A stretch of 64,000 bases of DNA from Chloroflexota bacterium (GTDB lineage: Bacteria > Chloroflexota > Dehalococcoidia > UBA2979). This document shows, in pieces, positions 38,799-49,349 of the stretch (positions within the stretch are counted from its first letter, which is position 1; each line of letters starts with the position of its first letter). Under the pieces are notes generated by a model. That model was not told the DNA's origin. It saw only the letters and a list, made by a program, of their open reading frames with translations, and made no database searches. Location: NCBI GenBank assembly GCA_045863195.1, contig BTUI01000003.1, positions 68,201-132,200 of the forward strand, read 5' to 3'. Made by a program: the position numbers and the translations under genes.

Positions 38799-38983
38799 GG
38801 TGGTGTCCCCGGATGCTCGGAAGATGGGCGCACCGTACGAGGGCAAACAGGTGCCCCACGCGACAGTGCGAACTTCGACGCTACCAACCACGCCCCGTCC
38901 GATCAAGACGGGCGGCCGCGGCTCGGTGGTCAGATAGGATGCCTCCACCACCAGCCAGCGTCCCGCACGACCCGACGAGAGGG

Positions 38984-40951
38984 GTGACCGAGGCCGTGAG
39001 CACCCTCCTGGGCGTGGACGTGGGCGGCACCTTCACCGACTTCCTCCTCTGGGAGGACGGCGCCTTCCGCGTCCACAAGCGCCCCAGCACCCCGGACGAC
39101 CCCGGACGCGCCGTACTGGAGGGCCTGGCCGAACTCGGCGTGGCACCCGACCTCGTGATCCACGGCTCCACGGTCGCCACCAACGCCGTCCTCGAACGGC
39201 GCGGCGCGCGGACGGCGCTCGTCACCACCGAGGGCTTCCGGGACCTGCTGACCATCGGCCGGCAGACCCGGCCGCAGATCTACGACCTGGAGCCGGAGAC
39301 GCCCGCCCCGCTCGTCGCGCCCGACCTCCACTTCACCTACTCCGGCCGCCTCCGTCCGGACGGGAGCATCGAGCAGGCACCGGGCGCAGGGGAGGCGGCG
39401 GCGCTCCTGCGGGCGGCCGAGGCGGCCGGGGCGGAGGCGGTGGCGGTGTCGCTCATCCACGCCTACGCCGCCCCCGCGTTCGAGGCGGTGTTCGCCTCCA
39501 TGCCCACCCCGCTGTTCCGATCGATCTCGACCGACGTCTCCCCGGAGTACCGGGAGGTCGAACGCACCGCGACCACGGCGCTGAACGCCTACGTGGGGCC
39601 GGTCATGTCGCGCTACCTCGACCGGCTCGCCGCGGGACTCGCGGCGCGTGGGGCCGGCGGCCTCCAGGTCGTGCAGAGCGACGGCGGTGCGGCGGAGGTC
39701 GAGCGTGCGGCGCGCCTCCCGGTCGCCACCCTGCTCTCCGGGCCGTCGGCCGGCGTGCACGGCGCGCTGGCGGTGGCGCGGGCGGCCGGCTTCGAGCGGA
39801 TCATCACCTTCGACATGGGCGGCACCTCCACTGACGTGGCGCTCTGCGACGGCGCCGTCCCCACGCGGCCGGACGTGGTCATCGGCGGGTTCCCGGCGCG
39901 GACGCCGGTCGTGGATGTCCACACCGTCGGCGCCGGCGGCGGCTCGATCGCCCGGCTTGACGCGGGCGGTGCGCTGCGGGTCGGCCCGGAGTCGGCCGGC
40001 GCCGCCCCTGGCCCCGCCTGCTACGGGCGCGGCGAGACGTTCACGGTGACCGACGCGCAGGCCGTCCTCGGACGCCTCGGCGACACGGGACTCCTCGGCG
40101 GAGCGATGCCGCTGGACGCCGCACGCTCCGTCGCCGCCGCCGCGCCGCTCCTCGAAGCGTTCGAGGGGCCGCGGGCCGCCGCGCACGCGGTACTGGCCGT
40201 GGCGACGGCGAACATGGAGCGCGCGCTCCGCGTCGTCTCGGTGCAGCGCGGGCATGACCCGCGCGACTTCACGCTCGTCGCCTTCGGTGGCGCCGGTCCC
40301 CTGCACGCCTGCGCGCTGGCGGATGCGCTCGGCATGCCGCGCATCCTCATCCCGGCCCACCCCGGCGTCCTGTGCGCGCTGGGCGCGGCGCGCAGCGACC
40401 GCACCGTCACCCGCGCGCGCTCCGTCCTCCGCACGCTGGACGCGGCGACGGAGGCCGCCACCGGCGAGGCGCTCCGCGCGATTGCCGCTGAGGCCGCCGA
40501 GGCGCTGCCCGGGGCGGAGACGGTGGTCACGACCGCCCTCGACGTCCGCTATCGCGGCCAGTCCTACGAACTCACGGTGGCGGCGAGGCCGGACGCTGTC
40601 GGTGCGACGGTCGAGGCGTTCCACGCCGCGCATGAGCAGCGCTTCGCCCACGCCGACCGCTCCGCCGCCGTGGAGGTGGTGAACGTGCGCGCCACCGCAC
40701 ACATCCCCGGCGCGGCGCTGCTGCCGGTGCCCGCGTTCGGCCCCGGCGGCGCGGGCCCCGTCACCACCCTCGACGTCGAGTTCGAGGCCGGGCGCCTCGC
40801 GACGTCCGTCTACGCACGCGCCTCGCTCGCGCCGGGCGACCGCATCGAGGGGCCGGCGATCGTGACGCAGTTCGACGCGACGACGCTCGTCGAGCCGGGA
40901 TGGCGGGCGACGGTGGATGCGCGCGGCAACCTGGTGATGGAGCGACGATGA
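38984..40951 (+). CDS. hyuA: Hydantoinase/oxoprolinase family protein, A subunit (HyuA-like)
   Basis: The N-terminus has LGVDVGGTFTDF, and a second DMGGTSTD motif is present. GTG start with an upstream GAGAGGGG. Confidence 0.8.
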   Translation: MTEAVSTLLGVDVGGTFTDFLLWEDGAFRVHKRPSTPDDPGRAVLEGLAELGVAPDLVIHGSTVATNAVLERRGARTALVTTEGFRDLLTIGRQTRPQIYDLEPETPAPLVAPDLHFTYSGRLRPDGSIEQAPGAGEAAALLRAAEAAGAEAVAVSLIHAYAAPAFEAVFASMPTPLFRSISTDVSPEYREVERTATTALNAYVGPVMSRYLDRLAAGLAARGAGGLQVVQSDGGAAEVERAARLPVATLLSGPSAGVHGALAVARAAGFERIITFDMGGTSTDVALCDGAVPTRPDVVIGGFPARTPVVDVHTVGAGGGSIARLDAGGALRVGPESAGAAPGPACYGRGETFTVTDAQAVLGRLGDTGLLGGAMPLDAARSVAAAAPLLEAFEGPRAAAHAVLAVATANMERALRVVSVQRGHDPRDFTLVAFGGAGPLHACALADALGMPRILIPAHPGVLCALGAARSDRTVTRARSVLRTLDAATEAATGEALRAIAAEAAEALPGAETVVTTALDVRYRGQSYELTVAARPDAVGATVEAFHAAHEQRFAHADRSAAVEVVNVRATAHIPGAALLPVPAFGPGGAGPVTTLDVEFEAGRLATSVYARASLAPGDRIEGPAIVTQFDATTLVEPGWRATVDARGNLVMERR

Positions 40952-42513
40952 GCCTCGACGCCGCCGACCTCGCGATCGCGGACGCCGCGCTCACCTCCAT
41001 CGCGGAGGAGATGGGCGAAGCGCTCGGCCGCACCGCCTTCTCCCCGAACATCAAGGAGCGGCGCGACCACTCCTGCGCCGTGTTCGACGCGGCGGGCCAA
41101 ATGGTCGCGCAGGCGGCGCACATCCCCGTCCACCTGGGCGCGATGCCGGCCTCCGTCCGCGAAGTCATGGACCTCGCGCCGTTCGCGCCGGGCGACGTGC
41201 TGGCGCTCAACGACCCGTTCCGAGGCGGGACGCACCTGCCGGACATCACGACGGTTGCGCCGGTGTTCGCCGGCGGCGCGGCGCCGATTGCGTTCGTCGC
41301 GACGCGCGCGCACCACGCCGACATCGGAGGCATGGCGCCCGGCTCCATGCCCGTCGCGACGGAGTTGCTGCAGGAGGGGCTGGTCATCCCGCCGATCCGC
41401 CTCGTGGAGGCGGGCCGGCTGAACGAGGCGGCGTTCGCCCTCATCGTGCGGAACTCGCGCGCGCCGGAGGAGCGGCGAGGCGACCTGCGCGCGCAACTGG
41501 CGGCGACCGCGTTCGGGGCGCGCCGGGTGGAGGCGCTGGCGGCCCGCTTCGGGACGGACGGACTGACCGAGCGCTTCGCGGCACTCCTCGACCACGGCGA
41601 GCGGGTGGTCCGCAGCGTCATCGCCGGCATCCCGGACGGCCGCTACGAATTCGAGGACCGGCTGGAGGTCGGTCCGGACGGTGCGCCGGTCCACCTCGTC
41701 CTCACCATCGACGGTGAGGCCGCCCGGTTCGACTTCACCGGGACGGCGCCGGAGACCTCGATCGCCTCGGTGAACGCGGTCGCCGCGGTCACACGCTCGG
41801 CCTGCTACTACGCGATCCGCTGCCTCGCGGGCGCGGACGCCCCCGCGAACGAGGGCTGCTACCGGCCGATCACGTTCGTGCTGCCGGAGCGGTCGCTGGT
41901 GAACGCCGGGCCGCCGCGCGCGGTCTCCGCGGGCAACGTGGAGACCAGCCAGCGCGTCACGGATGTCGCGCTCGGTGCGCTCGCGCTCGCGCTGCCGGGG
42001 CGCATCCCCGCCGCCTCGCAGGGCACGATGAACAACATCACGATCGGCGGCTACGACCGCGCGCGCGGCCGCGCTTACGCCTACTACGAGACGATCGCCG
42101 GCGGCGCGGGCGGCGGCCCGCTGCGCGCCGGGCGCTCCGGCGTCCACACGCACATGACGAACACGATGAACACACCCGTCGAGGCGCTCCCCCTCGCCTA
42201 CCCGTTCACGGTGGAGCGGTACGAACTGCGCCCCGGCTCGGGCGGTGCGGGCGCACATCCGGGCGGCGACGGACTGGTGCGCGAGTACCGTTTCCAGGAC
42301 GAGGCGACCGTCACGCTGGTGACGGAGCGCCGCGCCCTGGCGCCGTGGGGACTGGCGGGGGGCGCGCCGGGCAGCCCGGGCCGCAACCTGCTGATCCGCG
42401 CGGACGGCGCCGTGACGGACCTCGGCGCGCGCGCGCAGGTGGAGGTGCGCCCCGGCGACCGCATCCGCATCGAGACGCCGGGCGGCGGCGGATGGGGACG
42501 CGGCGGCGGCTGA
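40948..42513 (+). CDS. hyuB: Hydantoinase B/oxoprolinase family protein (HyuB-like)
   Basis: The sequence has NDPFRGGTHLPD motifs. An ATGA overlap with hyuA indicates coupling. Confidence 0.8.
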   Translation: MSLDAADLAIADAALTSIAEEMGEALGRTAFSPNIKERRDHSCAVFDAAGQMVAQAAHIPVHLGAMPASVREVMDLAPFAPGDVLALNDPFRGGTHLPDITTVAPVFAGGAAPIAFVATRAHHADIGGMAPGSMPVATELLQEGLVIPPIRLVEAGRLNEAAFALIVRNSRAPEERRGDLRAQLAATAFGARRVEALAARFGTDGLTERFAALLDHGERVVRSVIAGIPDGRYEFEDRLEVGPDGAPVHLVLTIDGEAARFDFTGTAPETSIASVNAVAAVTRSACYYAIRCLAGADAPANEGCYRPITFVLPERSLVNAGPPRAVSAGNVETSQRVTDVALGALALALPGRIPAASQGTMNNITIGGYDRARGRAYAYYETIAGGAGGGPLRAGRSGVHTHMTNTMNTPVEALPLAYPFTVERYELRPGSGGAGAHPGGDGLVREYRFQDEATVTLVTERRALAPWGLAGGAPGSPGRNLLIRADGAVTDLGARAQVEVRPGDRIRIETPGGGGWGRGGG

Positions 42514-42618
42514 ACGGGGCGGCGGCGCGGATTGCCGAAGTGTGAACGACGGGCCTCGATCGACTGGGTATACTGAGGTCATACGGGAGCCCACCTCCCC
42601 TGATCGGCGAGCAACCAC

Positions 42619-43056
42619 ATGCCTGACAACGAGCGCCTCGAACGCGAGATCGAGGAGATCCTCGGCAAGATCGAGGACTTCCCGGGGCCGCAGGCTCGCG
42701 CCCGCCGGGTGCGAAAGCAGCGGTTCGCACGCCTCAACGCGCGGATTGGCGAGTGGCAGCGGGGGATCGCCCGCCAGTTGAGCCGCGTCTCCGTGTCGCA
42801 ACTGATGCTGTCGGCGTTCCTCCTGATCCTGTTCTCGTTCTTCTTCCGCCGTGCGAACCCCATCGTGATGAACTGGGTGATGTACGCGGGGATCGTCCTG
42901 TTCGTGTCGTCGTTCGCAATGATGGTGTTCAGCCGCCGCGGCGGCCGCACCGTGCAACAGAACTGGCGTGGCCGCACCATCCAGTACCGCACCGGACCGA
43001 CGCTGGTCGACCGCGTGCGCCACTGGTGGCAGAACCGAAACGTCCCCCGCCGCTGA
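42619..43056 (+). CDS. Hypothetical membrane protein (DUF3040-like architecture: charged N-terminal helix plus two TM helices)
   Basis: 145 aa (MPDNERLEREIEEILGKIEDFPG ...) with hydrophobic segments LMLSAFLLILFSFFF and VMYAGIVLFVSSFAMMVF. GC content is locally lower, and a TATACT -10-like element lies upstream. Confidence 0.42.
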   Translation: MPDNERLEREIEEILGKIEDFPGPQARARRVRKQRFARLNARIGEWQRGIARQLSRVSVSQLMLSAFLLILFSFFFRRANPIVMNWVMYAGIVLFVSSFAMMVFSRRGGRTVQQNWRGRTIQYRTGPTLVDRVRHWWQNRNVPRR

Positions 43057-43125
43057 CGCGGCAACCCGGCGCTCCCACCGCGCAGGAGTGAAGATGTCGG
43101 CGACCCCCGTCGCGAGCGCCGTGCG

Positions 43126-44463
43126 TTGCTGATCCCGCGCGCCAGCCTGCCCGCCTGCGCGCTCCTCGCTGCACTCGCGCTGGCCTGTTCCGAGACGCCC
43201 GCCGCCGCCACGCTCGATGTCCCCGCCGGCCAGGCCGGTGCGACCGTGGCCGCCGGAGCAGCCACCGCGCCGCAGACCGCGGCGCCGGGCGCGCCCACCA
43301 CCGAGGCCTCCGCCCCGACGCCCACGCCGGCGTCACCGGCGCCGGTCAGCGTGGACGCGGCGCTCGAACACGTGCGCATCCTCGCCGTCGAGATCGGCAG
43401 CCGGCCCGCCGGTACCACCGAGGAACGCGCCGCCGCCGACTACATCGCGGAGGTGCTCCGCACCGCCGGCTACGCCGTCTCGCTGGAGGAGTTCCCGTTC
43501 GAGACGGAGTTCGACACCTCGCAGGTCACGCTCCGGGATGGCACCACGCTCGTCGCGCTGTCGATGCGGGGTGGCGCGATGGGCGAGGCCTCCGGGATGA
43601 CCGTGTTCGCGGGCGTGGGCGAAGCGGCGGACCTCGCCGGCGTCGGGATGGAGGACCGCGTGGTCGTGTTCGACCGGGGGGTCGTTCCCTTCGCCGAGAA
43701 GGCGCGCGCGGCGGAGGCTGCGGGCGCCCGAGCGGTGATCGTCGTCAACCACGAGCCCGGCCTGTTCCGTGGCACCCTTGGTGAGTACGAGGCAGCGATC
43801 CCGGTGCTGTCGCTGGACGGCGAGGCGCGCGAGGCGCTGATGGCCGGCCTGGGCCAGCGGATCACCGTCAGCGCACAGGCCGGATCCGGCAGCGGCGTCT
43901 CGCAGAACGTGGTCGCGCGCTCCGGAACGGAATGCCACGCCTACCTCGGCGCGCACTACGACTCCGTGCCGGAAGGGCCCGGCGCCAACGACAACGCCAC
44001 CGGCGTCGCCGTGGTGCTGGAGGTGGCACGGGCGCAGCGGACGCCGGGGCTCTGCGTGGTCGCCTTCGGCGCGGAAGAGATCGGCCTGTGGGGGTCTCGC
44101 GCGTACGTCCGGGAGCACCTGGCGGGGACAGCGCGATTCATGCTGAACGTGGACATGGCCGGGGTGGACGGCGGGCCGGTGATCGTCGGGGACCGGGAAC
44201 TCACCACGCTCATCCTGGACCGCATCGCGGAGGCCGGCGTCGTCACCCCGCTGAAGCCGGGACGCTTCCCGCCGTTCAGTTCCTCCGACCACGTCTCCTT
44301 CACCGCCGTCGGCGTCCCGGCGGTCACCTTCAACTCCGGCGATGACCCGGCGATCCACACCGAGGGCGACACGTTCGACCGGATCGATCCCACGACCCTG
44401 GGCATGTTCCTGACCTCGGTCGATGCCGCGCTCGCCGGCCTGCTCGCCGGCGGTGCTCGCTGA
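43126..44463 (+). CDS. M28-family peptidase (aminopeptidase) with PA domain, lipoprotein
   Basis: The lipobox is LALAC. Zn-ligand motifs are present (HYDSV, NDNATG, EEIG, SDH). Confidence 0.7.
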   Translation: MLIPRASLPACALLAALALACSETPAAATLDVPAGQAGATVAAGAATAPQTAAPGAPTTEASAPTPTPASPAPVSVDAALEHVRILAVEIGSRPAGTTEERAAADYIAEVLRTAGYAVSLEEFPFETEFDTSQVTLRDGTTLVALSMRGGAMGEASGMTVFAGVGEAADLAGVGMEDRVVVFDRGVVPFAEKARAAEAAGARAVIVVNHEPGLFRGTLGEYEAAIPVLSLDGEAREALMAGLGQRITVSAQAGSGSGVSQNVVARSGTECHAYLGAHYDSVPEGPGANDNATGVAVVLEVARAQRTPGLCVVAFGAEEIGLWGSRAYVREHLAGTARFMLNVDMAGVDGGPVIVGDRELTTLILDRIAEAGVVTPLKPGRFPPFSSSDHVSFTAVGVPAVTFNSGDDPAIHTEGDTFDRIDPTTLGMFLTSVDAALAGLLAGGAR

Positions 44464-44525
44464 CGCATCCCGCTGGCGTTTGTCCGCCGCTCGCGCCCTC
44501 GGCTACGATGGGGGCAGGAGCACGG

Positions 44526-45074
44526 ATGACGCATATGCGCTTACGCGCCTTCGCGGTTATCGCGGCGACGGTCGCCTTCACCCTCACCGCCTGTGGCGGC
44601 GAGGACGGCAACGCCACGCCCTCGGCTGGCGGCCAGAACGCGATCCCGACGGCGACGCCCTTCGCGACCCTCCCCGCGCCCACCGTCGTCAGCGGCCCCG
44701 GCACGACCTCCGCCCCCGTCGACGAGGTGACCTACGTGGTGGAGGCCGGCGACGCCATCTCCACCATCGCCGCGCGCTTCGGCGTCCCCGAAGAGGTGAT
44801 CCGCGAGGCGAACGGCATCGAGGAGAACGAGATCTTCATCGGCCAGGTGCTGCGGATCCCGCGCACCACCGGCGGGATCCCGAGCGCCACCGCGACGCCC
44901 TCCGTCTCCACGGGAGGCCCCGGCGAGTACGTGGTGCAGCCGGGTGACACCGCCTTCGGGATCGCGCTCCAGTTCGACATCACGGTCGAGGCGCTGGAGG
45001 AGGCGAACGGCGTCGGGCCGGGCGGGCTGGACGCGCTCTCCCTCGGCCAGGTGCTCCGCATCCCCACGCCGTAG
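44526..45074 (+). CDS. LysM-domain lipoprotein (two LysM repeats)
   Basis: The lipobox is LTAC. There are two YVVEAGDAISTIAARFGV / YVVQPGDTAFGIALQFDI LysM motifs. Confidence 0.65.
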   Translation: MTHMRLRAFAVIAATVAFTLTACGGEDGNATPSAGGQNAIPTATPFATLPAPTVVSGPGTTSAPVDEVTYVVEAGDAISTIAARFGVPEEVIREANGIEENEIFIGQVLRIPRTTGGIPSATATPSVSTGGPGEYVVQPGDTAFGIALQFDITVEALEEANGVGPGGLDALSLGQVLRIPTP

Positions 45075-45220
45075 CGGAACCGCGGCGCTCGTTCCGAACG
45101 AGGCTGCGGCGGGTGGCGGTCTCCGGCTCCAGCAGGGATACTGGCTAGCACGCCTCGGGGCGCCCGCCACGGCGACCCGACACCCTGACACACGTTCCAC
45201 ACGCACCGGAGGGCCTGCGC

Positions 45221-46759
45221 ATGTCGATCGAGGAGAGCCTCGGACAGCTGACCGCGCTGAAGGAGCGCGCCAAGCTGGGCGGCGGCCAGGACCGGATCGA
45301 CGCGCAGCACCAGCGCGGCAAGTTGACCGCCCGTGAGCGGATCGACCTGCTGCTCGACCCCGGTACGTTCGAGGAGCTCGACGCCCTGGCCCACGACTGG
45401 GAAGAGGACGGCGAGCACTTCTACGGCGACGCCGTCGTCACCGGCTGGGGCAAGGTGGACGGGCGCACCGTCTGCGTCTTTGCGCAGGACTTCACCGTCT
45501 TCGGCGGCTCCCTCGGCGAGGTCGTCGGCACCAAGATCTCGAAGATCATGGCGCTGGCGATGAAGACCGGGGTGCCGGTGATCGGCCTGAACGACTCGGG
45601 CGGCGCCCGCATCCAGGAGGGCGTCTCCGCGCTGGCCGGGTACGGCGAGATCTTCCACCAGAACGTGGCCGCCTCCGGCGTCATCCCCCAGATCAGCGTG
45701 ATCATGGGCCCCTGCGCCGGCGGCGCGGTCTACTCGCCCGCCCTCACCGACTTCATCTTCATGGTCGAGAAGACCAGCCAGATGTTCCTGACCGGCCCGG
45801 ACGTCATCGCCTCCGTCACCGGTGAGCAGACCACCATGGAGGAACTGGGCGGCGCCGCCTCCCACGTCTCCAAGTCCGGTGTGGCGCACTTCGCCGTGAA
45901 GACGGAGGAGGAGTGCCTGGAGGAGGTCCGCCGCCTCCTCTCCTACGTCCCGAGCAACAACATGGACGACGCCCCCCACGTGGACGGCGGCGACCCGATC
46001 GACCGGCGCCTGGACGACGTGCTGACCGTGGTGCCGGCCGAGGCCGACATGCAGTACGACGTCCGCGACGTCATCGAGCGCGTCGTCGACAACGGCGAGT
46101 TCATGGAGGTCCACGAGTACTTCGCGCCGAACATCGTCGTCGGCTTCGGCCGCATCGGCGGGCAGGCGATCGGCGTGGTGGCGAACCAGCCGCTGTACCT
46201 GGCGGGCGTCCTCGACATCGACTCTTCGCGGAAGGCGGCGCGGTTCGTGCGCTTCTGCGACTCGTTCAACATCCCGATCGTGACGCTGGTGGACGTGCCG
46301 GGCTTCCTGCCGGGCGTGTCTCAGGAGTACGGCGGGATCATCGCCCACGGCGCGAAGCTGGTGTACGCGTACGCCGCCGCGACCGTGCCGAAGATCACGG
46401 TCATCCTCCGCAAGGCGTTCGGTGGCGCGTACGACGCGATGGGCTCGAAGCACCTCGGCGCGGACGTGAACTACGCGTGGCCGACGGCGGCGATCGCCGT
46501 GATGGCCGGCTCGCAGGCCGTGAACATCATCAGCCGCCGCGAGATCGTCGCCGCCGCCGACCCGGATGCCGAGCGCAAGCGCCTCATCGAGGACTACCGC
46601 GAGCGCCTGGAGCACCCGTACATCGCCGCCGGCAAGGGCTACATCGACGACGTGATCGACCCGCGCGACACGCGCGTGAAGATCGCGCACGCCCTGGACA
46701 TGCTGAAGACGAAGTCCGTCTCAGTGGCGCCGAAGAAGCACGGGAACATGCCGCTGTAG
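45221..46759 (+). CDS. pccB: Acyl-CoA carboxylase carboxyltransferase beta subunit (propionyl-CoA carboxylase beta / methylmalonyl-CoA carboxyltransferase 12S-like)
   Basis: 512 aa with conserved carboxyltransferase motifs (LTARERIDLLLDPG, GGARIQEG, FGGAYDAM). Confidence 0.85.
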   Translation: MSIEESLGQLTALKERAKLGGGQDRIDAQHQRGKLTARERIDLLLDPGTFEELDALAHDWEEDGEHFYGDAVVTGWGKVDGRTVCVFAQDFTVFGGSLGEVVGTKISKIMALAMKTGVPVIGLNDSGGARIQEGVSALAGYGEIFHQNVAASGVIPQISVIMGPCAGGAVYSPALTDFIFMVEKTSQMFLTGPDVIASVTGEQTTMEELGGAASHVSKSGVAHFAVKTEEECLEEVRRLLSYVPSNNMDDAPHVDGGDPIDRRLDDVLTVVPAEADMQYDVRDVIERVVDNGEFMEVHEYFAPNIVVGFGRIGGQAIGVVANQPLYLAGVLDIDSSRKAARFVRFCDSFNIPIVTLVDVPGFLPGVSQEYGGIIAHGAKLVYAYAAATVPKITVILRKAFGGAYDAMGSKHLGADVNYAWPTAAIAVMAGSQAVNIISRREIVAAADPDAERKRLIEDYRERLEHPYIAAGKGYIDDVIDPRDTRVKIAHALDMLKTKSVSVAPKKHGNMPL

Positions 46760-46764
46760 GCACG

Positions 46765-46790
46765 GCCCGGGGCGTCACACCGCCCCGGGC
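46765..46790 (+). terminator. Perfect 10-bp GC hairpin (GCCCGGGGCG-tcacac-CGCCCCGGGC) downstream of pccB, with no U-tract
   Basis: It lies 6 nt after the pccB stop. Confidence 0.45.
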
Positions 46791-47003
46791 GCCCGCCTGC
46801 CGGTATTTCCCGAAGCGGCTATACTCGGCGCGCCGCTGAGAGGACACGCCCCACGCCCGGGCCCAACGGGCCCCTCCTCCGTCGCGTTGAGGGGCAGTCG
46901 CGGGATGGGGTGGCTGCGTCCGGCAGCCTTCCGGCAACGGCACTCCGAGGGCCTGCATTCACCCGTCCGCACTGTGCGGAGCAGGTAACGGAGGAGCGTC
47001 CCC

Positions 47004-48218
47004 ATGGCCAAGATCCCGGTGAAGAACGCCGTCGCCGAACTCGATGGCGACGAGATGACCCGCATCATCTGGGGATTCATCAAGGATCGCCTGATCCTCC
47101 CCTACCTCGACATCAAGCTCGAGTACTACGACCTGGGCATCGAGCACCGCGACGCGACCAACGACCAGGTCACGATCGACGCGGCGAAGGCGATCCAGCG
47201 GCTGGGCGTGGGCGTGAAGTGCGCCACCATCACCCCGGACGAGCAGCGCGTGGAGGAGTTCAACCTCAAGCAGATGTGGAAGTCCCCGAACGGGACGATC
47301 CGCAACATCCTGGGCGGCACCGTTTTCCGCGAGCCGATCATCTGCGCCAACATCCCGCGCGTGGTCCCGAACTGGGAGCAGCCGATCATCATTGGCCGCC
47401 ACGCCCACGGTGACCAGTACCGCGCGACCGACTTCCTGGTGAAGGGTCCCGGCCGCCTCACCATGACCTTCACCCCGGACGGCGGCGGCGAGCCGACCAC
47501 CTACGAGGTGCAGAAGTTCGATGGCCCGGGCATCGCCATGGGCATGTACAACACGGACGATTCGATCCGGGGCTTCGCGGAGTCCTGCTTCAACTACGCC
47601 CTGCAGCGCAACTACCCGCTCTACCTCTCCACGAAGAACACGATCCTGAAGGCCTACGACGGCCGCTTCAAGGACATCTTCGAGGAGGTCTACCAGACCC
47701 AGTTCAAGGCCCGCATGGACGCCGCCGGCCTGACCTACGAGCACCGGCTGATCGACGACCTCGTCGCGCAGGTCCTGAAGTGGAACGGCGGCATCGTCTG
47801 GGCCGCGAAGAACTACGACGGTGACGTGCAGTCCGACATCGTGGCGCAGGGCTTCGGCTCGCTCGGCCTGATGTCCTCCGTCCTGCTCACGCCGGACGGC
47901 GCGACGGTGGAGGCGGAAGCCGCCCACGGCACGGTGACCCGGCACTACCGCCAGCACCAGGCCGGGCAGGAGACCTCCACCAACCCGATCGCCTCGATCT
48001 TCGCGTGGACGCGGGGCCTGCAGCACCGCGCCAAGCTGGACGACAACAAGGACCTGGCCACCTTCGCCAGCACGCTGGAGAAGGTCTGCGTCGACACCGT
48101 CGAGGGCGGCCAGATGACGAAGGACCTCGCGATCCTGGTCGGCCCGGACCAGCCGTGGCTCACCACCAACCAGTTCCTCGCCGCCCTGGACGCCAACCTC
48201 CAGGCGGCGATGAAGTAG
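47004..48218 (+). CDS. icd: NADP-dependent isocitrate dehydrogenase (monomeric-fold-unrelated, IDH1-like ~404 aa type)
   Basis: Highly conserved motifs are present ([45 protein letters not shown]). GGAGG ribosome-binding site. Confidence 0.9.
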   Translation: MAKIPVKNAVAELDGDEMTRIIWGFIKDRLILPYLDIKLEYYDLGIEHRDATNDQVTIDAAKAIQRLGVGVKCATITPDEQRVEEFNLKQMWKSPNGTIRNILGGTVFREPIICANIPRVVPNWEQPIIIGRHAHGDQYRATDFLVKGPGRLTMTFTPDGGGEPTTYEVQKFDGPGIAMGMYNTDDSIRGFAESCFNYALQRNYPLYLSTKNTILKAYDGRFKDIFEEVYQTQFKARMDAAGLTYEHRLIDDLVAQVLKWNGGIVWAAKNYDGDVQSDIVAQGFGSLGLMSSVLLTPDGATVEAEAAHGTVTRHYRQHQAGQETSTNPIASIFAWTRGLQHRAKLDDNKDLATFASTLEKVCVDTVEGGQMTKDLAILVGPDQPWLTTNQFLAALDANLQAAMK

Positions 48219-48234
48219 CGCACGAACTCAGTGA

Positions 48235-48265
48235 CCGCCGTCCGAGGGTTCGCCTCGGGCGGCGG
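48235..48265 (+). terminator. 13-bp GC hairpin (CCGCCGTCCGAGG-gttcg-CCTCGGGCGGCGG, one G-U) after icd
   Basis: It starts about 17 nt after the icd stop and lies about 30 nt upstream of mdh. Coordinates ±1. Confidence 0.45.
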
Positions 48266-48294
48266 ATGCAGTCGGCCTCCGGCGGGCGGAATCC

Positions 48295-49254
48295 GTGCGG
48301 TCGGCCGAGGACAGGAGCACTCCCCTGCGACAGAAGGTGACGATCGTCGGCGCGGGTAACACCGGCGCGACCATGGCCCAGATCCTCGCCGCCCGCGGCT
48401 ACGCGGACGTCGTGCTGATCGACATTGTGGAGGGCCTGCCGCAGGGCAAGGCGCTGGACATCGCGGAGGCCGCGCCGTGGACGCGCACCTCCTCCGCGCT
48501 GCTGGGCACGAACAACTGGGACGACACCGCCAACTCTGACGTGGTCGTCATCACCTCCGGCGTCGCGCGCAAGCCGGGCATGACGCGCGAGGACCTGCTG
48601 AGCGTGAACGCCGGCATCGTCCGCAGCGTGGTCACGGAGGCCTCGAAGCGCTCCCCGAACGCCGTGCTCGTGATCTTCGCCAACCCCATGGACGCCATGT
48701 GCCACGTGGCGCTGGAGGCCTCCGGCTTCCCAAAGGAGCGCGTGGTCGGCCAGGGCGGCATGCTGGACACCGCCCGCTACCGCACCTTCATCGCCATGGA
48801 GACCGGCACCTCTGTGAAGGATGTCTCCGCGTGGGTGCTCGGCGGCCACACGGAGGCCACCATGGTCCCGCTGGTGTCGAACGCCACCGTCGGCGGCGTG
48901 CCGCTGACGCAGCTGCTCCCGGCGGAGCGCGTGGAGGCCGTGGTCGCCCGCGCCAAGCGCGGCGGCGCGGAGATCGTGGACCTGCTCAAGACCGGTAGCG
49001 CCTTCGTCGCCCCGGCCGTGGCCACGATCGAGATGGTGGACGCCATCCTGCTGGACGAGCGCCGCATCCTCCCCTGCTGCGCGCTGCTGGACGGCCAGTG
49101 GGGCATCACGGACGCCTACGTGGGCGCGCCGGTCGTGCTCGGCAAGGGCGGCATCCAGTACGTGTACGAGATCCCGGTGTCGGAGGCGGAGCGCCAGGCA
49201 CTGGTCGCCGCCGGGGACGCCGTGAAGGAACTGGTCGCCGCGACCCCGAAGTGA
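48295..49254 (+). CDS. mdh: Malate dehydrogenase (LDH-like MDH)
   Basis: The sequence has KVTIVGAGNTGATMA Rossmann and GQGGMLDTARYRTFIA substrate-loop motifs. The exact start is uncertain (ATG 48295, or an internal GTG near KVTIVGAG). Confidence 0.85.
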   Translation: MRSAEDRSTPLRQKVTIVGAGNTGATMAQILAARGYADVVLIDIVEGLPQGKALDIAEAAPWTRTSSALLGTNNWDDTANSDVVVITSGVARKPGMTREDLLSVNAGIVRSVVTEASKRSPNAVLVIFANPMDAMCHVALEASGFPKERVVGQGGMLDTARYRTFIAMETGTSVKDVSAWVLGGHTEATMVPLVSNATVGGVPLTQLLPAERVEAVVARAKRGGAEIVDLLKTGSAFVAPAVATIEMVDAILLDERRILPCCALLDGQWGITDAYVGAPVVLGKGGIQYVYEIPVSEAERQALVAAGDAVKELVAATPK

Positions 49255-49286
49255 TCGCGGGCGGCCTCGGGCTGGACTGAACCACC

Positions 49287-49314
49287 GGGGCGACCGCTGC
49301 ATGGCGGTCGCCCC
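49287..49314 (+). terminator. Perfect 11-bp GC hairpin (GGGGCGACCGC-tgcatg-GCGGTCGCCCC) between mdh and fumC
   Basis: Seen directly in the sequence. Confidence 0.45.
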
Positions 49315-49349
49315 TCGCATCTGACGCACACCTCGAGGGAGGACAGGGC

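Noticed and set aside
45075-45220. Possible hairpin or attenuator between the LysM gene and pccB
   Set aside because: Only imperfect short complementarity (CTCGTTC/GAACGAG with a 1-nt loop), which is not a convincing structure.
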